DNA from: Trichoplax adhaerens
Lineage: Eukaryota; Animalia; Placozoa
Direction of reading: 5' to 3'
NCBI RefSeq assembly: GCF_000150275.1
Contig: NW_002060949.1
Span: forward strand, 5,141,006-5,205,005
DNA length: 64,000 nt
Shown here: one piece after another, positions 40,992-55,134 of the stretch
Layout: each line of letters begins with the position of its first letter
Position numbering within the stretch: the first letter of the stretch is position 1
The notes under the pieces: model-generated
The model's input: the letters and a program-made list of their open reading frames with translations, nothing else
The model's database searches: none
What the model was told of the DNA's origin: nothing
Translations under genes and position numbers: made by a program

Positions 40992-43900
40992 ATGGCAGCA
41001 AATGATGCCGTTAAGAATCCTTGGTTTAAAAACCAACCTTTACCAAGCCCCTCACAAGACTGTTCATTACAAAATGTGATGGATGAAGAGCTAGCTAGAG
41101 TATTACAACGAGGGGAAGATAATCCAACCCAATTTCAACATGGAAACATCAATCTTGTCGACCAAGTCAATCCTACTTGTGAGAGTGATCATATTTTAGC
41201 CCAGATGCTACAAAATCAGTACGATTTCGAATATGATCAAAGTTTAGAGCTAGAGGAAAGAAAGATGAATGGAAATAATGGAAAAGGTAAGTCAAGAGTG
41301 ATAGACCAGTGGAAAATTGCATACGACTGTCTTGATAGGATATACTGACTGTACACTGTACAGTATCAGTATTGGGAACGGCCCCCCCTGTACTGTATCT
41401 ATAGTATATGACATAAACACTCTATACTGTACAACAGTTTTAAAAGCAGCCTGACATCCTACTTTAATGACAACAATCTAAATACAAGAAGGAGAACGAT
41501 TCTCCTTCATCGTAGCTTTATCCAAATTCTTTACAGATGTGAAACTGTTACTCTATTCTAGGATGGTAGAAATAGGCAGTTTACATTGATAACATGAACT
41601 GCTACTTTAATGATAACAATCTAAATACTGTACTGTGTTTGGTCAAAAAAATTGCGTTGTTAGAAACTAGCGTTTTTACTATATAGACCCTGATTATATC
41701 GATGATTGTCACACGTTGTACAGTATTCTAAGGCTAAGACTATTCTTTCAAAACCTTTTATTAATCATGCTTCAACTTACTTATCATAACTTGTCAGTAA
41801 AGGTATGCGTTTTAAATTGTTTTCATAATTTATCTTGCCATAGTTACCATATCATATGATAACTATCGCTGTATGCATCCTCTGGATAAGGAATATTACT
41901 GTGATGCTGGCCTAATAGTAGGTAAGACAATGATAGTATTGATAGCAAAAGAATGAACTAACAATCGCAATTGTTATTTTGCGTATTTCCTTTAATAAAA
42001 AAAAAACCTTCCATGTTAGTAGTCTATTAGCTTTAAAACGTCTACTGGTTTAAGTTAAATACTATACCCATGCAGTATATGCGAGTTCGGTTATAACTCC
42101 AAAATGCATATCATAATCTGTATTTTAATGATGTATGCTATTAAACCTATTTTACGACTTGTTATTGTATTTGTAAATACGCGTATAATATCGTATCCAT
42201 TTACGTGAATATCAAATAAAAGTTAAAAGTACAGTAGAACTACACGTGAATAGGCTTATTCGATTGTCACAATTGAGTAGTACTCTTTATAGTTGTATTT
42301 CATATGCTTACATATTTCTATCGGTAGCATAAAGTGACTTTTTCGGTGATCCCTATCTTTGCTAGATACCACTGCTACTGATGAAACGTACAACGATAAC
42401 GAGGACAAGACTGATACAAAGCTGCCAAAAAAGAATACAATCACAACCAAGCATGACTACGATATCTGCTGTCGGAAGAATACTAAAAGCATGGAAAGTA
42501 AAGTAAGTTTCGAATCGATTCATGTACAGTCGATACTGTACTATGCTTTCGTTGTTTTCTATGCTATTGAAATTTATAAAAGTACACTACAAGTAAGCGT
42601 AAAATATTAAATTAAAGTTTTCCTAATAACATAAGGATGTTTTTAGAGTACCCTAGATGGAAATTTTTGTAACCTATAGCAAACATACGGTCGATCACTC
42701 TAAAATTTAAAAATGCTCTCAAAATAGTGAAATCGCTTAAAGTATTTGGATGTCGCTTTTCGTACTTTAAAAGCATTAATACAATAATTTATTAATGAAT
42801 ATCCTGTATCAAGGTTCAAGCTAATTTTATATGTGTTCGTATTTTTCGTCTACAGTTTCCTCCAAATTTTCGATGCGGTGATTTAAATGATGCATCAACT
42901 GAAGTCAAGATACCTAATCATGTCTACAACTCTTTAAAACAACATTCATTCCGTGAAGATCGTCAAAGTCATCGACTTCATGAAAAGAAGGAACATTCAA
43001 CTCATGTAAGATAAGGAAAATTAATTACATAATTGTATACAAATGGAACATAATAAAAGCATAGCAGCGAATCATGTATATTAGTCCATTGGTAACACTT
43101 GATTCAAAATTTAATAGGAGCAAGCACTAGACGAAAAAACCCGTTTACTAATATACAAGTTAGTTAATAATGGTACTTTGGAGAATGTTGGAGGATGTTT
43201 TAGTACTGGTAAAGAAGCTTGCGTATTTTATGCAACGGGAGGACAGTAAGTGAATCCGGGGTTTACAGTTTAGATATATACGCTTTCTTGAAAGATTGAT
43301 TTCATCATACTGATAAATTTTTGAACGAATTCTTAGATCTTATCAATTCATGCTTATTGATAACTTGTTAAAATTGAATTGTTGACAGACTTGAAAAGAT
43401 AGATCTGCCCGCCGAATGTGCCATCAAAGTATATAAGACAACGTTAAACGAATTCAAGAATCGCGACGAATACATTAAAGATGATTACAGATTTAAGGAT
43501 AGATTTAGTAAACAAAATCCTCGGAAAATTGTTCGGTTATGGGCAGAGAAAGAAACACATAATTTACACAGGTTAGTTGAACGATCAAAAGTTTATGTAT
43601 AAGACGGAATGATTATGCTAGATTAAATAGTTTTTGTTACTGATCAACTATTTGTAGACTACAAGCAGCTTCCATCCATTGCCCTCAACCACTTTTGCTA
43701 CGAAAGCACGTATTAGTAATGAGTTTCATTGGTCTTAATCAGAAACCTGCGCCGAAGTTGAAAGACGCTAAATTGTCTTACTCCGATATCACTGCCGCTT
43801 ACAACCAGTGCTTGCAGGTAAAAGTGCTTAAAATTATTAACTTCGTTTCTGCAGCTACCTGTAATCGCTACGTGTAGACTTCAGTTTGTGGGTTATATTT

Positions 43901-44560
43901 CACTATTTTTGTAGATATAGCAGACTCTGCTGTAAAACGTATATATAATTTCTTAGTATTAAGTGGTCGATCATTCGGTAGAATAATTCAATTCCATAAT
44001 GAGTATTTATAATAAGTTAATACATTGACAAGTTTTCCCAATTAGTGTCTAGATTTAATCATAGTATCTTTGTGTTAATGTCTTTTTTAATATTTAGGCA
44101 ATGAAAACCATGTATCACAAGGCAAAGTTAATTCATGCCGATCTAAGCGAATATAATATTCTATGGCACGAAAGTAAAATTTGGATTATTGACGTCAGTC
44201 AAGCCGTTGATAGATCTCATCCTAAATGGGCAGAATTCTTGCTCCGGGATTGTAGAAATATTTCCCGATTTTTTGAGCAACGACTAACAAATGATGTCAA
44301 AACTCCTATGGAGATTTTTAATTTCGTTACGGAATTGAATATTTCTGCTAACAGCGAAGAAGAATTTTTACAGATGGTTAGAACACTTGAATATATATCC
44401 TCCTAATAGCCTCTTATTTTGTACCATTAGTTTCATTCATTAATATAATTAATTTCTCCCTCTGTAGGTTTATATCCAGACGTCAAATGCCGAAGATATT
44501 GATATTTTTAAATTGCAGGAGATGAGACAAAATGTAGATCACGAGGAAACTCAATCATAA
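40992..44560 (+). CDS. RIOK3: Atypical RIO kinase 3 (9 exons)
   Basis: Exons 40992-41286, 41844-41921, 42366-42502, 42856-43005, 43118-43245, 43389-43571, 43658-43817, 44098-44376, 44468-44560. RIO motifs: STGKEA, CAIKVYKTTLNEFKNRDEYIKDDYRFK, LIHADLSEYNIL, IIDVSQAV. The RIO3-specific N-terminus has SLQNVMDEELARVLQ, SDHILAQMLQ, TTKHD and RLHEKKEHST. Confidence 0.96.
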
Positions 44561-44988
44561 TTTAGTCTCTTGCTATTATTCCGTAAACAACGATTAACTT
44601 ATATGTCTGTATAAAACCTGCAAAAATAATATTCAATACAAGAATTTCGGTTTTCTGTTTGTATACTGAAGTAACGTATAACCATATACTTTTCAAAATG
44701 ATTGTAAAGTATCAGCTCATTTTGGTGAGCATTTAGAGAATAAATCTTATCTGTATACTTTCGCCTTATGTAATACGATTTTAGTGACATCGAGCTAATA
44801 TCAAGTGAATGTATTCAATTTTAGTAACGTATCAGAAACTCGAAAAGGCAAACAAATTAAAGACTATAAATTTTATTTCTTGCTAAATATCAAGTACATA
44901 CATGCCCAAATTGCAGTTTTATAACTACAAATCTACAATTACACCATGATAAAATTAAAATTGACTACTGCAAAATCAAGTAATTATC

Positions 44989-47900
44989 TTAGTATTTTGG
45001 CATGCCGGCTACAATGCTGGATTCAATTCCGCATTCGTCCTTGCCTCGGATGATCTTAAAGTACCCTTTAATAATAAGTTAAAGAAATATTTCAATGAAA
45101 CGGAACTACATATTGTTAAAATTAAACAAAATAACAAATTAAATATACCTTTATCTCCCCATGTTGGATTCCAAGAGTTAGCAATAAGCCTATACAAGAT
45201 ATAATTTAAGGAGTAAAATATTTGATACTGTAAAATTTTGTAAATTCTATTACCAATAAAAGTATTTTAACACTGGGAACATGGGTAAGGATAGTATGAT
45301 AGAAAATAATTTACCAGTAAGGAGTATTATTTTCAGTACCCCATCCAAGGATTTTTACAGCATGGCCACCTAATGGACCACCGGTGGTATGCTGATAAAC
45401 ACCTATTATGATAACATTGTAATAGGAAGATGAAACTTACTACTGTCTAAGATCTAAGCTTTAAGTAGGCTAGTATCATAGAATAAATTTTAAGATTTAA
45501 ATTAAAAGGTAGTAACTAACCGCTCTTGTAACTTGGGAAGTCTGCGTAGACGGTAAATGCAGCTTCAACTGGACCGTTCATCATGATTTCTTTCTGAATT
45601 TGCTGAATATTGTTAGTGATAGAATAGGATTTCTTACCAAAGTGTTTGTCCTGATTAAAGGTCTTATTATAGCCGGGTTGGCATTTTTGTGAGCATTTTG
45701 GAGTTGGCAATTCTTTTCCACATGCCTTAAATGGGCCTTTTACGTGATGTTCGCATTTGGGAATTTCATATGGTTGGCAGCCTTTGTGACTGTGGTACTG
45801 ACCACCAGTAACGATACCATTGTTAACCCAGTAATGCCTGTATGATGAATGCGTAGTAATAGAACCGATGTAGATAACATTCAGTTCAAGTCTTTTAAAG
45901 TAAATTTATAATCTTGCCATTATAGCATTAAATACTTGCAGATTCTAGAGTCTATGTTGTACAATTATAATTATTCACTCTATTTCTGAAAAATCGATAA
46001 AAAGCTATCAAGCGTGTGCGAAACTTACCAAGCTTGAGGAAGGAATCCACCGTTACATCTAGAGAAATAAAATGACGTTATCATATATATACTCGTATAA
46101 ACACATAAAACTGGGACATGATAACAATTTTGAAGGGTAATATGATCATTAAAAGTATCCATAAGAAACAGTTAGTAATTTAGAAAGAAGAATAGGATGT
46201 AATATACGATATTATGAATAAATTGTAAATACTTGCTAAATGTTACTATTGTTGATTCCTGTAGAATTACATCGGGTCATAAATTATCTGACTTTAATGG
46301 GTACATAAATAGCGTAACAATAGTGATCTTTTCCCAGTGATACATGCAAGACAAACACTGCAATGTGTAAATATAAAATTGAGTTGTGATGGCCGTAAGT
46401 TCTACACGAAGATGTAACGCTACCACGAATCAAAATACAGAGTAGAAAAGTCTTATTCGTAAAGGACGAAATAATATTTCCCCTCGCCAAGAAATACTTG
46501 TACTATACAATGATGACTTTTGTCTTTGTAAAATTGTAATTATGGTTTTGCTGGTACCGAAAATATCAATATATGACTGCATAACTAGATAAGATAGTTT
46601 ATATTATTGGTCATAAAATAGTTAATAAACAATCATCATTCAGTTCATTAACATTGTTAATACGTAATATGATATGAAAAAGTAACTTTCAAAGTTCGAC
46701 ATATAGCTGGGCAATTGTGGGTAGGTTGCAACAGTCGTGTTATTTATGAGTTGATACATGTAATACAACAAGGAAAAATTAAAGTGCATAACCGCATATG
46801 TTACGAAAGATATTTCATCGAAGTGTATAAAAACTGATTGCCAGTAATTAATGAATTATCAAATTAACTTGAGAGACAATAGTTATAAATCGAAGCACTT
46901 AAATGTAATTGTTTTTGGAAAGTGATTAAGATTGCTGACATAAATTAGGAATATTGAAGGGATTCTTATAGTTGAAGGATATATCGTAGGGAAAGGGCAT
47001 GGTTACCCACTATATTATACTGTAAGATGAGTATTGTAATATAGCTAGTTAATAGTAGGAATAGCATTTAGAAGTCGTTTAAATTGAAGCGCTACGCTTA
47101 TCCGATACAAATGTTAGGTTACGAACATATTTCAACTTACCCCATACCGCAGCTGGTGCAACAGGTCATTAAATCTTCAGCGGAAATATGTACTTTAACT
47201 TTTCCATTAGAGTGGATACAGATTCGGTCAGTGATGGATTCAACAGCACCAAAAGACTATATGTTGAAATGGTCAGACTCATATTATTATACTGTACTGG
47301 TATAATCATTGAACTCAACAACCTTTAATACGCCTATATACAGTATATACATATTGTAGCTATGCTGCTAAAATGATTATCTGCAGGTAGTTAGATCACA
47401 CCTTAACAAGTAGTTATAATTAATCATAAACAAAAAACTCAATTTTCGAAAAAATTGACCTTGCTTCCTTTTGTCATATAACGGCAGAACTGTACAGTAT
47501 CACTAATATAACAGATAATCGAAAAATCCTAGAAAATTTTCAATCGCTCTAAATATTTCTTAAAATTTATGAATGCTACAGTCTATGGTCATGGAAACTA
47601 CCACTGTATATGATCTACAATGCACACAAACGAAAATAAAAAGAAAGAAGGGATCGCATTTACGTGTAATGACTCTTTTTTCTTGTTCTTCTACGTCGAT
47701 AGCTCTCAGATACTAAACATAGAGTATTTCCGTAAAGATAGCAATGTTACTGATACTATTTACCACAATCTCTAAAATCGGCTTGTGATAGATAAAAGTT
47801 ATTTACGCGTTAGACTACAGTATTTAGTTCAATAGGATTCTAGAATACGGTTTCAGGTGTTACTTCCAATTCAGGTTTTCCGATATCCATAAGAAAAATT

Positions 47901-48789
47901 TTGCAAAAGAGTGTGCACTGCACGGACAACAATAAAAATGACGAAACTAAGGATGGAAAAGGTATCAGTAATGATGATATTGCAACACTTTAAATATTCT
48001 ACTTCGAGGCTATTGGCGTAAAGATATCTCATTTTCTCGAAAGTGGCATGATACAGCATTGTTGTATCACTTGTATGCTGTTCATTACTCGGCCATGAAG
48101 AAAAGAACTTTTTCAACGTTCTAATTTACATAATTTACTTATTTGCTCCAAAGTATAAAAAGCTATGATTGTAGCGCTTGAACTGTATACAGAGATCTTC
48201 ATGTCTGTATATTTAATGCATGGCACAGATTTGAAAAGAATACTATAAGAAAAAATCATCATCGTGCTAATATTGGTGAATGCAGAAGTAAAAAGGGTCA
48301 AAATGAAGAGTGGATAGACACCGTCATTTTTTGTTTGTACAGTGATGTAGCGTTTACATGACGTCCCTATCGATCCTTTGATATGGTCTATTTGTAATCA
48401 TATTGACAGCTGCAATATTCGCTAGTCAAAGAAACGACAATAGATTGAAGACTTACCCAACAGCTACCACAAGAACCTTGGTCTCGAATCTCCCTGATAC
48501 TAGGGCACATTCTCCATTTGTCTCGTGAATCGAAGGATTTTGGTAAATCGCTGGTGTCTTCATGGACGTGGATAGGGAGTTGAAAGTGGTTAGGATCTTC
48601 CAAAGCACCACATAAGTACTTGACATAAGATACTGGTAAACCAGCAAAATTGGTACCAGCTTTCCAGCTTGTACTCACTAGATTGACATAGTCGATCAAA
48701 TCTTGCGACAAGGGTTGATGATTGGGAAAGTAAGCGCCTTGTGCGCTGAAAACTGCAAACAAGGTGATGACGATTAGACTTGCCTTCAT
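44989..48789 (-). CDS. CTSB: Cathepsin B preproprotein (7 exons)
   Basis: Exons 48789-48457, 47256-47141, 46058-46029, 45837-45521, 45402-45315, 45189-45149, 45065-44989. Signal peptide, [11 protein letters not shown], catalytic [13 protein letters not shown], occluding-loop CEHH, GGHAV and ANSW are all present. Confidence 0.97.
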
Positions 48790-49030
48790 GTTGTTCTAGC
48801 AACGGTCAGGATAGACTGTAATGATGAAGAGGCGAAAGTCGATTTTTGTTGCCTTTGGCCTTACTTTGGTAGTATGGTATGGAACTGTGTGCAGTGCAGT
48901 AAATAATGTCACTTACATAGTTGATTTTAATTTGGTAACACTAGGGATTCCTCTATGCCATTTTGTAGTTTTTTGACTGTATACTACTGCTATAGTGACA
49001 TCACTTTTGCTCGAATACCGTGCTTATGAT

Positions 49031-49042
49031 AGTCATGTGACT
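49031..49042. promoter_or_regulatory. M-box/CLEAR-like element AGTCATGTGACT upstream of cathepsin B
   Basis: Near-palindromic GTCATGTGAC about 240 bp upstream of the CTSB ATG. It matches the MiT/TFE consensus GTCA(C/T)GTGAC. Confidence 0.5.
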
Positions 49043-49666
49043 GACTGATCGGACATACTGTAGTATGGACTAGAAATTGCTAGCGTAGTCCATGATTCAT
49101 AGTCGTAATTTATCGAAGAGCTTTTAACCTTTCACTAGAATGGACTGTACTTCTAGTACTAAAAGTGTACATTGTCTCAAGAATATCCTGCTAGTATCTT
49201 GATCTTGATAATATCTTAATAGTACAGTATCAAGACTACACTGGATATTATTATCATGATAATATTATATCAAATCTGATAGTTGGCACCTCTACTACTA
49301 CTAGCAGTTCATTTGCATGGCAGTCTACAGTCTAGTGTCTACGATTGCATGCCAGTAGTATGTAGTTGATTGCTAAATGATCATATTGCGTTCCTCTCTC
49401 TTTCTTTTTGACAGTTCAAAATCGAGTACAATCATAATATACACATTAAGTCTATTAATAATATACAAACTAAACTGTTATTACTAATTGCTGACGCAGT
49501 GGTGTGCCAGCATGGACTACCAGATGTATCTCCCAGTTAAAGTAGTAGTTATGAGTACACTACAGGACAGACGGATAGAAGCCTAAAGGGGTCCGTTGGT
49601 CCATCCGACTGAATTTTGATGCGGTCAGTTGTTGCGAAGGGATACTTGGATGGCAGCCTTTTGCAG

Positions 49667-52600
49667 ATGGAGAGATTGAAGGTTTTCCGATATTTGTGTT
49701 ACTATGCACAAGAAAATGTCAATTTTCGATTAGCTGTAAGTTCATTGAGGTTGTAGAAAGACGTATCTACAAGCTGCAGAATGGAGTACTGGAATATAGT
49801 AGCTCTTCAATGTTATAATATTATACCATGATTGTACTAGCCTTTGTACCTCCATGGTGTAATTATTGTATCCTTTAGCTCATCACTAATATTCTTACTT
49901 ACCTCTATGTTACCAATCATACTGCAAATTGAAAACTAGAAACAGGTTTATGTTACGTCAATGATAATATAATACCGCATGGATATACTGTACTGTACGT
50001 TAATAGTGCAACAATTTTAAACTTATCAAATGATTAATGACAATATACGTATAATGCACCTTACGTCAAGAATTGTCTAAATAGCCCCCAAAGATGCTAT
50101 CGTAAAGTAGCTATTTTTCGCTAAAATTAACGTAATTAATATAAATTAATTAACTGTTACGTTACCTTAAAATAAAATCAATGTTACATTGCATGTATAT
50201 ATACGAGTATAATCATTTACTAAACACATATTTAAATATTGTTTAGGAATTATACTCCATCGCAAAACTGTTAAATGTCGATTTACGTGTGGACACTGCT
50301 AATTATTCAGATCAGGTAACGCAAAATAGCAATTTAAATTCTGTAAAACTATATAAAACTAGATTTAGTAATGATTGGGTAAATCTTAGTAAAGCAACCT
50401 TGAGATGTAATTTATGAGGCAAATTTAGTTATATAGACTAACTAATAAATGTAACAGATGTAATCCATGATGTACAAGTCGTATACTTAAAAGCATGATG
50501 AACAATATTTGATACTTATGAGTATATCATTCATGATAAAAGACTGCAAGTATTGTTAAATATTACGTGCTGGATGTTTAAATTCGATCCGGTAAATTAT
50601 AACATTAGCAATTGCTAGTATATAACAAATTAAGAACCTGTTATAAAAATAAATGTCATTACCCATAATAGTATACTACTTTATCTCAATGCAAATGAAT
50701 GACATCTTTGGCAATACTGTTTTTGTTGTAAACTGTAATTCCTTTGCTCGTCTAGAATCCTTTTGTTCGCATTGGTCTGCCTGATGAAGAGTCCGCTGTC
50801 AAAATTTTAAGTAGATCAGTCTTAATAAGGTAAAATTAGCATCAATAAGAGTTCTCTCTCGAAGTTGCTTGTATGTAAAGCGTTCATCAATAATGTCATT
50901 TAGTAGTAGTATCTTTTCTGCAATTACACTGTGAAAAGTAAAAAATAATCCACGCTCTAATATTTACACTTAGTTACTCATAATATTTCTTTATAATGAA
51001 TTAGATCAATTATCGATGTGTGGGCGCAAAGCACTACGTATACAGATTTATTTACTCAATTAAAAAATTTATCCGAAGAGAAGCTGGTAAGAAAAATTTG
51101 TTGGAACATATCTTTAGCGCATATAACATCACATACCTTCCATTTGGCTTTTTTCTACAGCGATAATAGTGCTATATCTACCTTAATGTATTCATCGATA
51201 TTCGCTAGAAAATGAATAGAAAGCCTTAAATTGATAACCACTTTATACACTTTGTAATTTTATAAGAAATATCTTTGTCTAACTAACAACGATATCACGA
51301 TTAGATACTTTATCTATCAAATGCAATTTTTACTCTTTTAATGCAAATTTTTTTGTATTGTCTTTATGTAATATGATCAGACGCGGTTCTATAAGGACGA
51401 TTACACCTTTAGTATCAGGATAGAATCATTTAATAAGAAAGTTCCTTTTTCCCAGCAAAAGGACTTACTTATGGTATGATATAATTTAATGTGCATAACC
51501 ACATTCATTTAGACTTTTAGAGTATAGCTATTTATTTAATAATTCATCAAAATTGATGAAGCAATTAATTAATAATTTATGTGAATATTTACTTTCAATC
51601 TGCAGAAACTAGATTTTTTGCCATTTGGTGGTTCTGTGAAGCTAAAACAGCCTGACTTTACCTTTTATTTATTGCAAGATTTTGGAGATGACTGTAATCA
51701 GCCACGAGAACAGCCTTCTAGATTATTTTTTGGTCGTTTAGTAAGTATTGTTGTCTTTACAACATTATCGTAATTTATTCTTAATGAATGATATTAGATT
51801 AATAATACGCGTGGAATACTACTTCGGTTTAGAATACATTTTACGACATGTATTATATTCTAGCAATGCGTGATGTTCATAGCAAAATTCTTTTGACAAT
51901 GCAGATTGGTTTCGGCCAACGAGATATACTACGAAACTATAAAGTTACTGAAAGAAAATATATTGGTAACACATCTATGTCAGCAGAATTATGCTTCCTT
52001 ATGGCGAATCAAGCTTTGGCAAGTATTATTAAAATCACGTTTTGAAATTACTACACTGTCCTATCAGTCACTAACTACTGCAAGTAAATAACTTAGGTTC
52101 GCCCAGGATCCCTAATATATGATCCTTTTGTTGGGACTGGTAAGGGCCTACGCTTTATTGCTTATCTTTCAATATGTCTGTATCAATAGTTTAATACCTG
52201 TAATAATTTAGCTCTCTATTACCAATCAGATAATGCAATCCGCATACTTGTGTATTTTTAAATTATTATGAAATGCTTCAGCTTATAATAGTGCTCTTTA
52301 TTAGGTAGCATAACTTTAGCTTGTGCTCATTTTGGTGCTTTTACACTTGGTGCTGATATTGATCCCAATATACTTCACGGGAGAGGTCGTTCATCAAGAG
52401 CTAAAGGACCGAAGTTTAGAGGTATCAATCCATGTATTACGTCGCATCACTGTTAATATTTAATAACTTCCCTTTAAAGCTTATTTGATGACTTTTATAT
52501 AACTCTTTAGGACCGGATGAGAACGTCTATGCGAACTATTGCCAATATAAACTACAGTCAAATTTTGTAGATGTTATGGTTTTAGATGCAGCCAAACCAG

Positions 52601-53368
52601 CATGGAAAGATGGTTTGCACTTCGATGCCATTGTGACTGATCGTAAGGATTTTTAGTACTCTGGTATTTTATCTTAACAGTAAATTTAAATGTAAACTAA
52701 AAAATCACTTTTAATTTCTGATAGCTCCGTATGGAATCAGAGAAGGAGCGCGGAAAGTCCTATCCAAGAGTGATGGGTACTATGAGAATGACTATAAAAA
52801 TAATACTATTCAACCAAGAATCGACTTATAAAATACACTATTTTAATTATTTATTATAGTGCTTTTGCAAAGACTAGTCAATACAATTTATCGAAAGTTT
52901 ATAAAGATTTATTATCTTTTGCTGCCAAACATTTGCGAATGTACGGACGGCTGGTTTTTTGGTTACCGTTCCATCGACCTAGGTACTTATATATCTTTAC
53001 CGTCACAATTTTCTATACTTAAATATTATCTGAAACAGTATACCTCTGTATACTGGATGTAGCTACACCGATGAATTGATCCCTAAACATCCCTGTCTGA
53101 CTGTTACGTCCAACTCCGAGCAAGTTTTAAATTCCAATATTGCTCGACGACTAATAACGATGGAAAAAACAAAAACCTTTCATAATGTTAGGATCTGACT
53201 ACTATTCTTTGAAAAACGCATATTACTGATATTACATGTAGATATCATGAAATTATGACTTGTTATACCTATTTTTGACATATCTAGGACTCAATCACCG
53301 ATCATACGGAAGCAAATTTGCAAAGGCTTCAAGATTCTTTTAGGGATTTTTATTTTAAATTACAATAA
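49667..53368 (+). CDS. TRMT11: tRNA (guanine-10-N2)-methyltransferase TRMT11 (14 exons)
   Basis: Exons 49667-49735 (alternative in-frame ATG at 49619), 50247-50315, 50756-50829, 51005-51086, 51381-51473, 51606-51740, 51905-52018, 52097-52139, 52305-52421, 52511-52642, 52725-52776, 52860-52982, 53063-53186, 53288-53368. Motifs: RKYIGNTSM, YDPFVGTGS, GADID, FDAIVTDPPYGIRE, GRLVFWLP, RRLITMEK. Confidence 0.95.
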
Positions 53369-55134
53369 GTTGGCTATAACAAGAGGCTACTCAGAAAATG
53401 TTTATATTGTAAAAAATGTTGATATTGTTGATATAGTAAACTGATTTATTAAGCTTTACTGAATCGTTGGACGTATCTATAGAAAGCGATGAAATAAAGA
53501 CGAAAGAAATCACGGGATCAGCACATTTCAAGTTTGTTTAACTTTATTAAAGATCTCTAGTACGATGAAGTTCTATTGTGATGATTAACGAGTTTATTGC
53601 TGTAAGGAACTGGCAGAGTAACGGTTCATGGAGTGAACTCAATACAGTATATAAGTCAAGTCTGTGTTTAGCAGAAGTAATTATGTTGATATACAACAAC
53701 TTTTTTATGAACAGTCTTCTAGCATCACAGCATAAAATTGATTCTAAGGTTCAATGGAAATTGTTAATATCTTTTTATGATGTTTATAAACATGGTTTGA
53801 AAGTAACCCTGATAGACTACGTTGATCTCCAAACGTTTACATGAAGAACAACTTCAGATCAAGTTCAGACTTTATTAAGACAGTTATTGCCGTTTTAAGG
53901 AGATTGAAGCTTATGAGGTACGGCAAGATAAACTTATTTTAAAGCATGACAAGTAAAAGGCAAGAAAAGTGGCTGATTCTAATGATTGATCAAAGATTTA
54001 GTTAGGTAGTCTTTATCAGCAATGGAATGAAGTTAATAAAGCAAGTTAATACTGTGTTTTAACAATGTAACGAATAAATTATTGGTGAAGCACAGATATA
54101 TTTTACTTTCTAATTAATGACTTTATCGGTTTAAGTATGAACTGCAGGTAATAAATCAACCTCATTTATACCGTGGGATTTTATATTATGTACCGTAGTA
54201 AATAATCTTTAGTTCCAACTATAGGACGCTTTTTACTCATTTCTGTAATAACAAATAAATATGTGTAACACATACGCCTATACTATATCTATAGGAAAGA
54301 ATACGATTGCAAATTTTCAGCATTAATGAAAATTCCAGCTCTAAGAAATTATTCCTCTGTTAGGTATCATACAAAGAAACAGACTGGATTTGACTTATGT
54401 TTCCCATGATATTAGCCGTATCGCCATTGACTAATCAAGTGATATTTTTGCGTAAAATGAAGGTCAATGAATTAACGTAAATGAGTATATTACTATTATT
54501 AAACTCGTTTTATGATAGCCGTTTGCAATAATGTACAGTACTGTATTTAATGCCTCCTTCCAAACAAAAATATAAAAATTTTTGTAAAAGTCTTCTTCTA
54601 AGTCGAAGTGAATTTAGTGTCCAAAGTAACTTTCGGGAGTATCTTGTAACCATTTAGAGCACATTAAGTTTACTACAAATACAAAAATAATTATTAACGC
54701 TGTCGAAGGTAGGTAGGATGAATTACAACAAGCGATATTTACTAGAGAAATTTTAACTATAATAGTTTCCAGGGATTTAGTACAATAGAAGCATGGCATG
54801 CATCACAGATTGAAAATTACGACATGTACATAGGCCAATATATATAATGCACATGTATATACTGTATGTGTAACGTGCAATTAATTCCTATAGATGAAAC
54901 ACCATCTGATACAGATTAAATGCGTTATTCAGTCTCTAATCCACTTTATATCAATTAAGGATTTAAAATTGTTGTCTATCATGATACATAAATCGTAACA
55001 TCGTGCATACTACATTGTCAAGTCTAAATAGTAACGCCAATACAATATTTCGAATTCAATGTGAGAAATTTAACTTTAAGAGAGGAAATATAAATAAATT
55101 TACATCTCATAAAAAGAATTCAATCCAAACGTCG

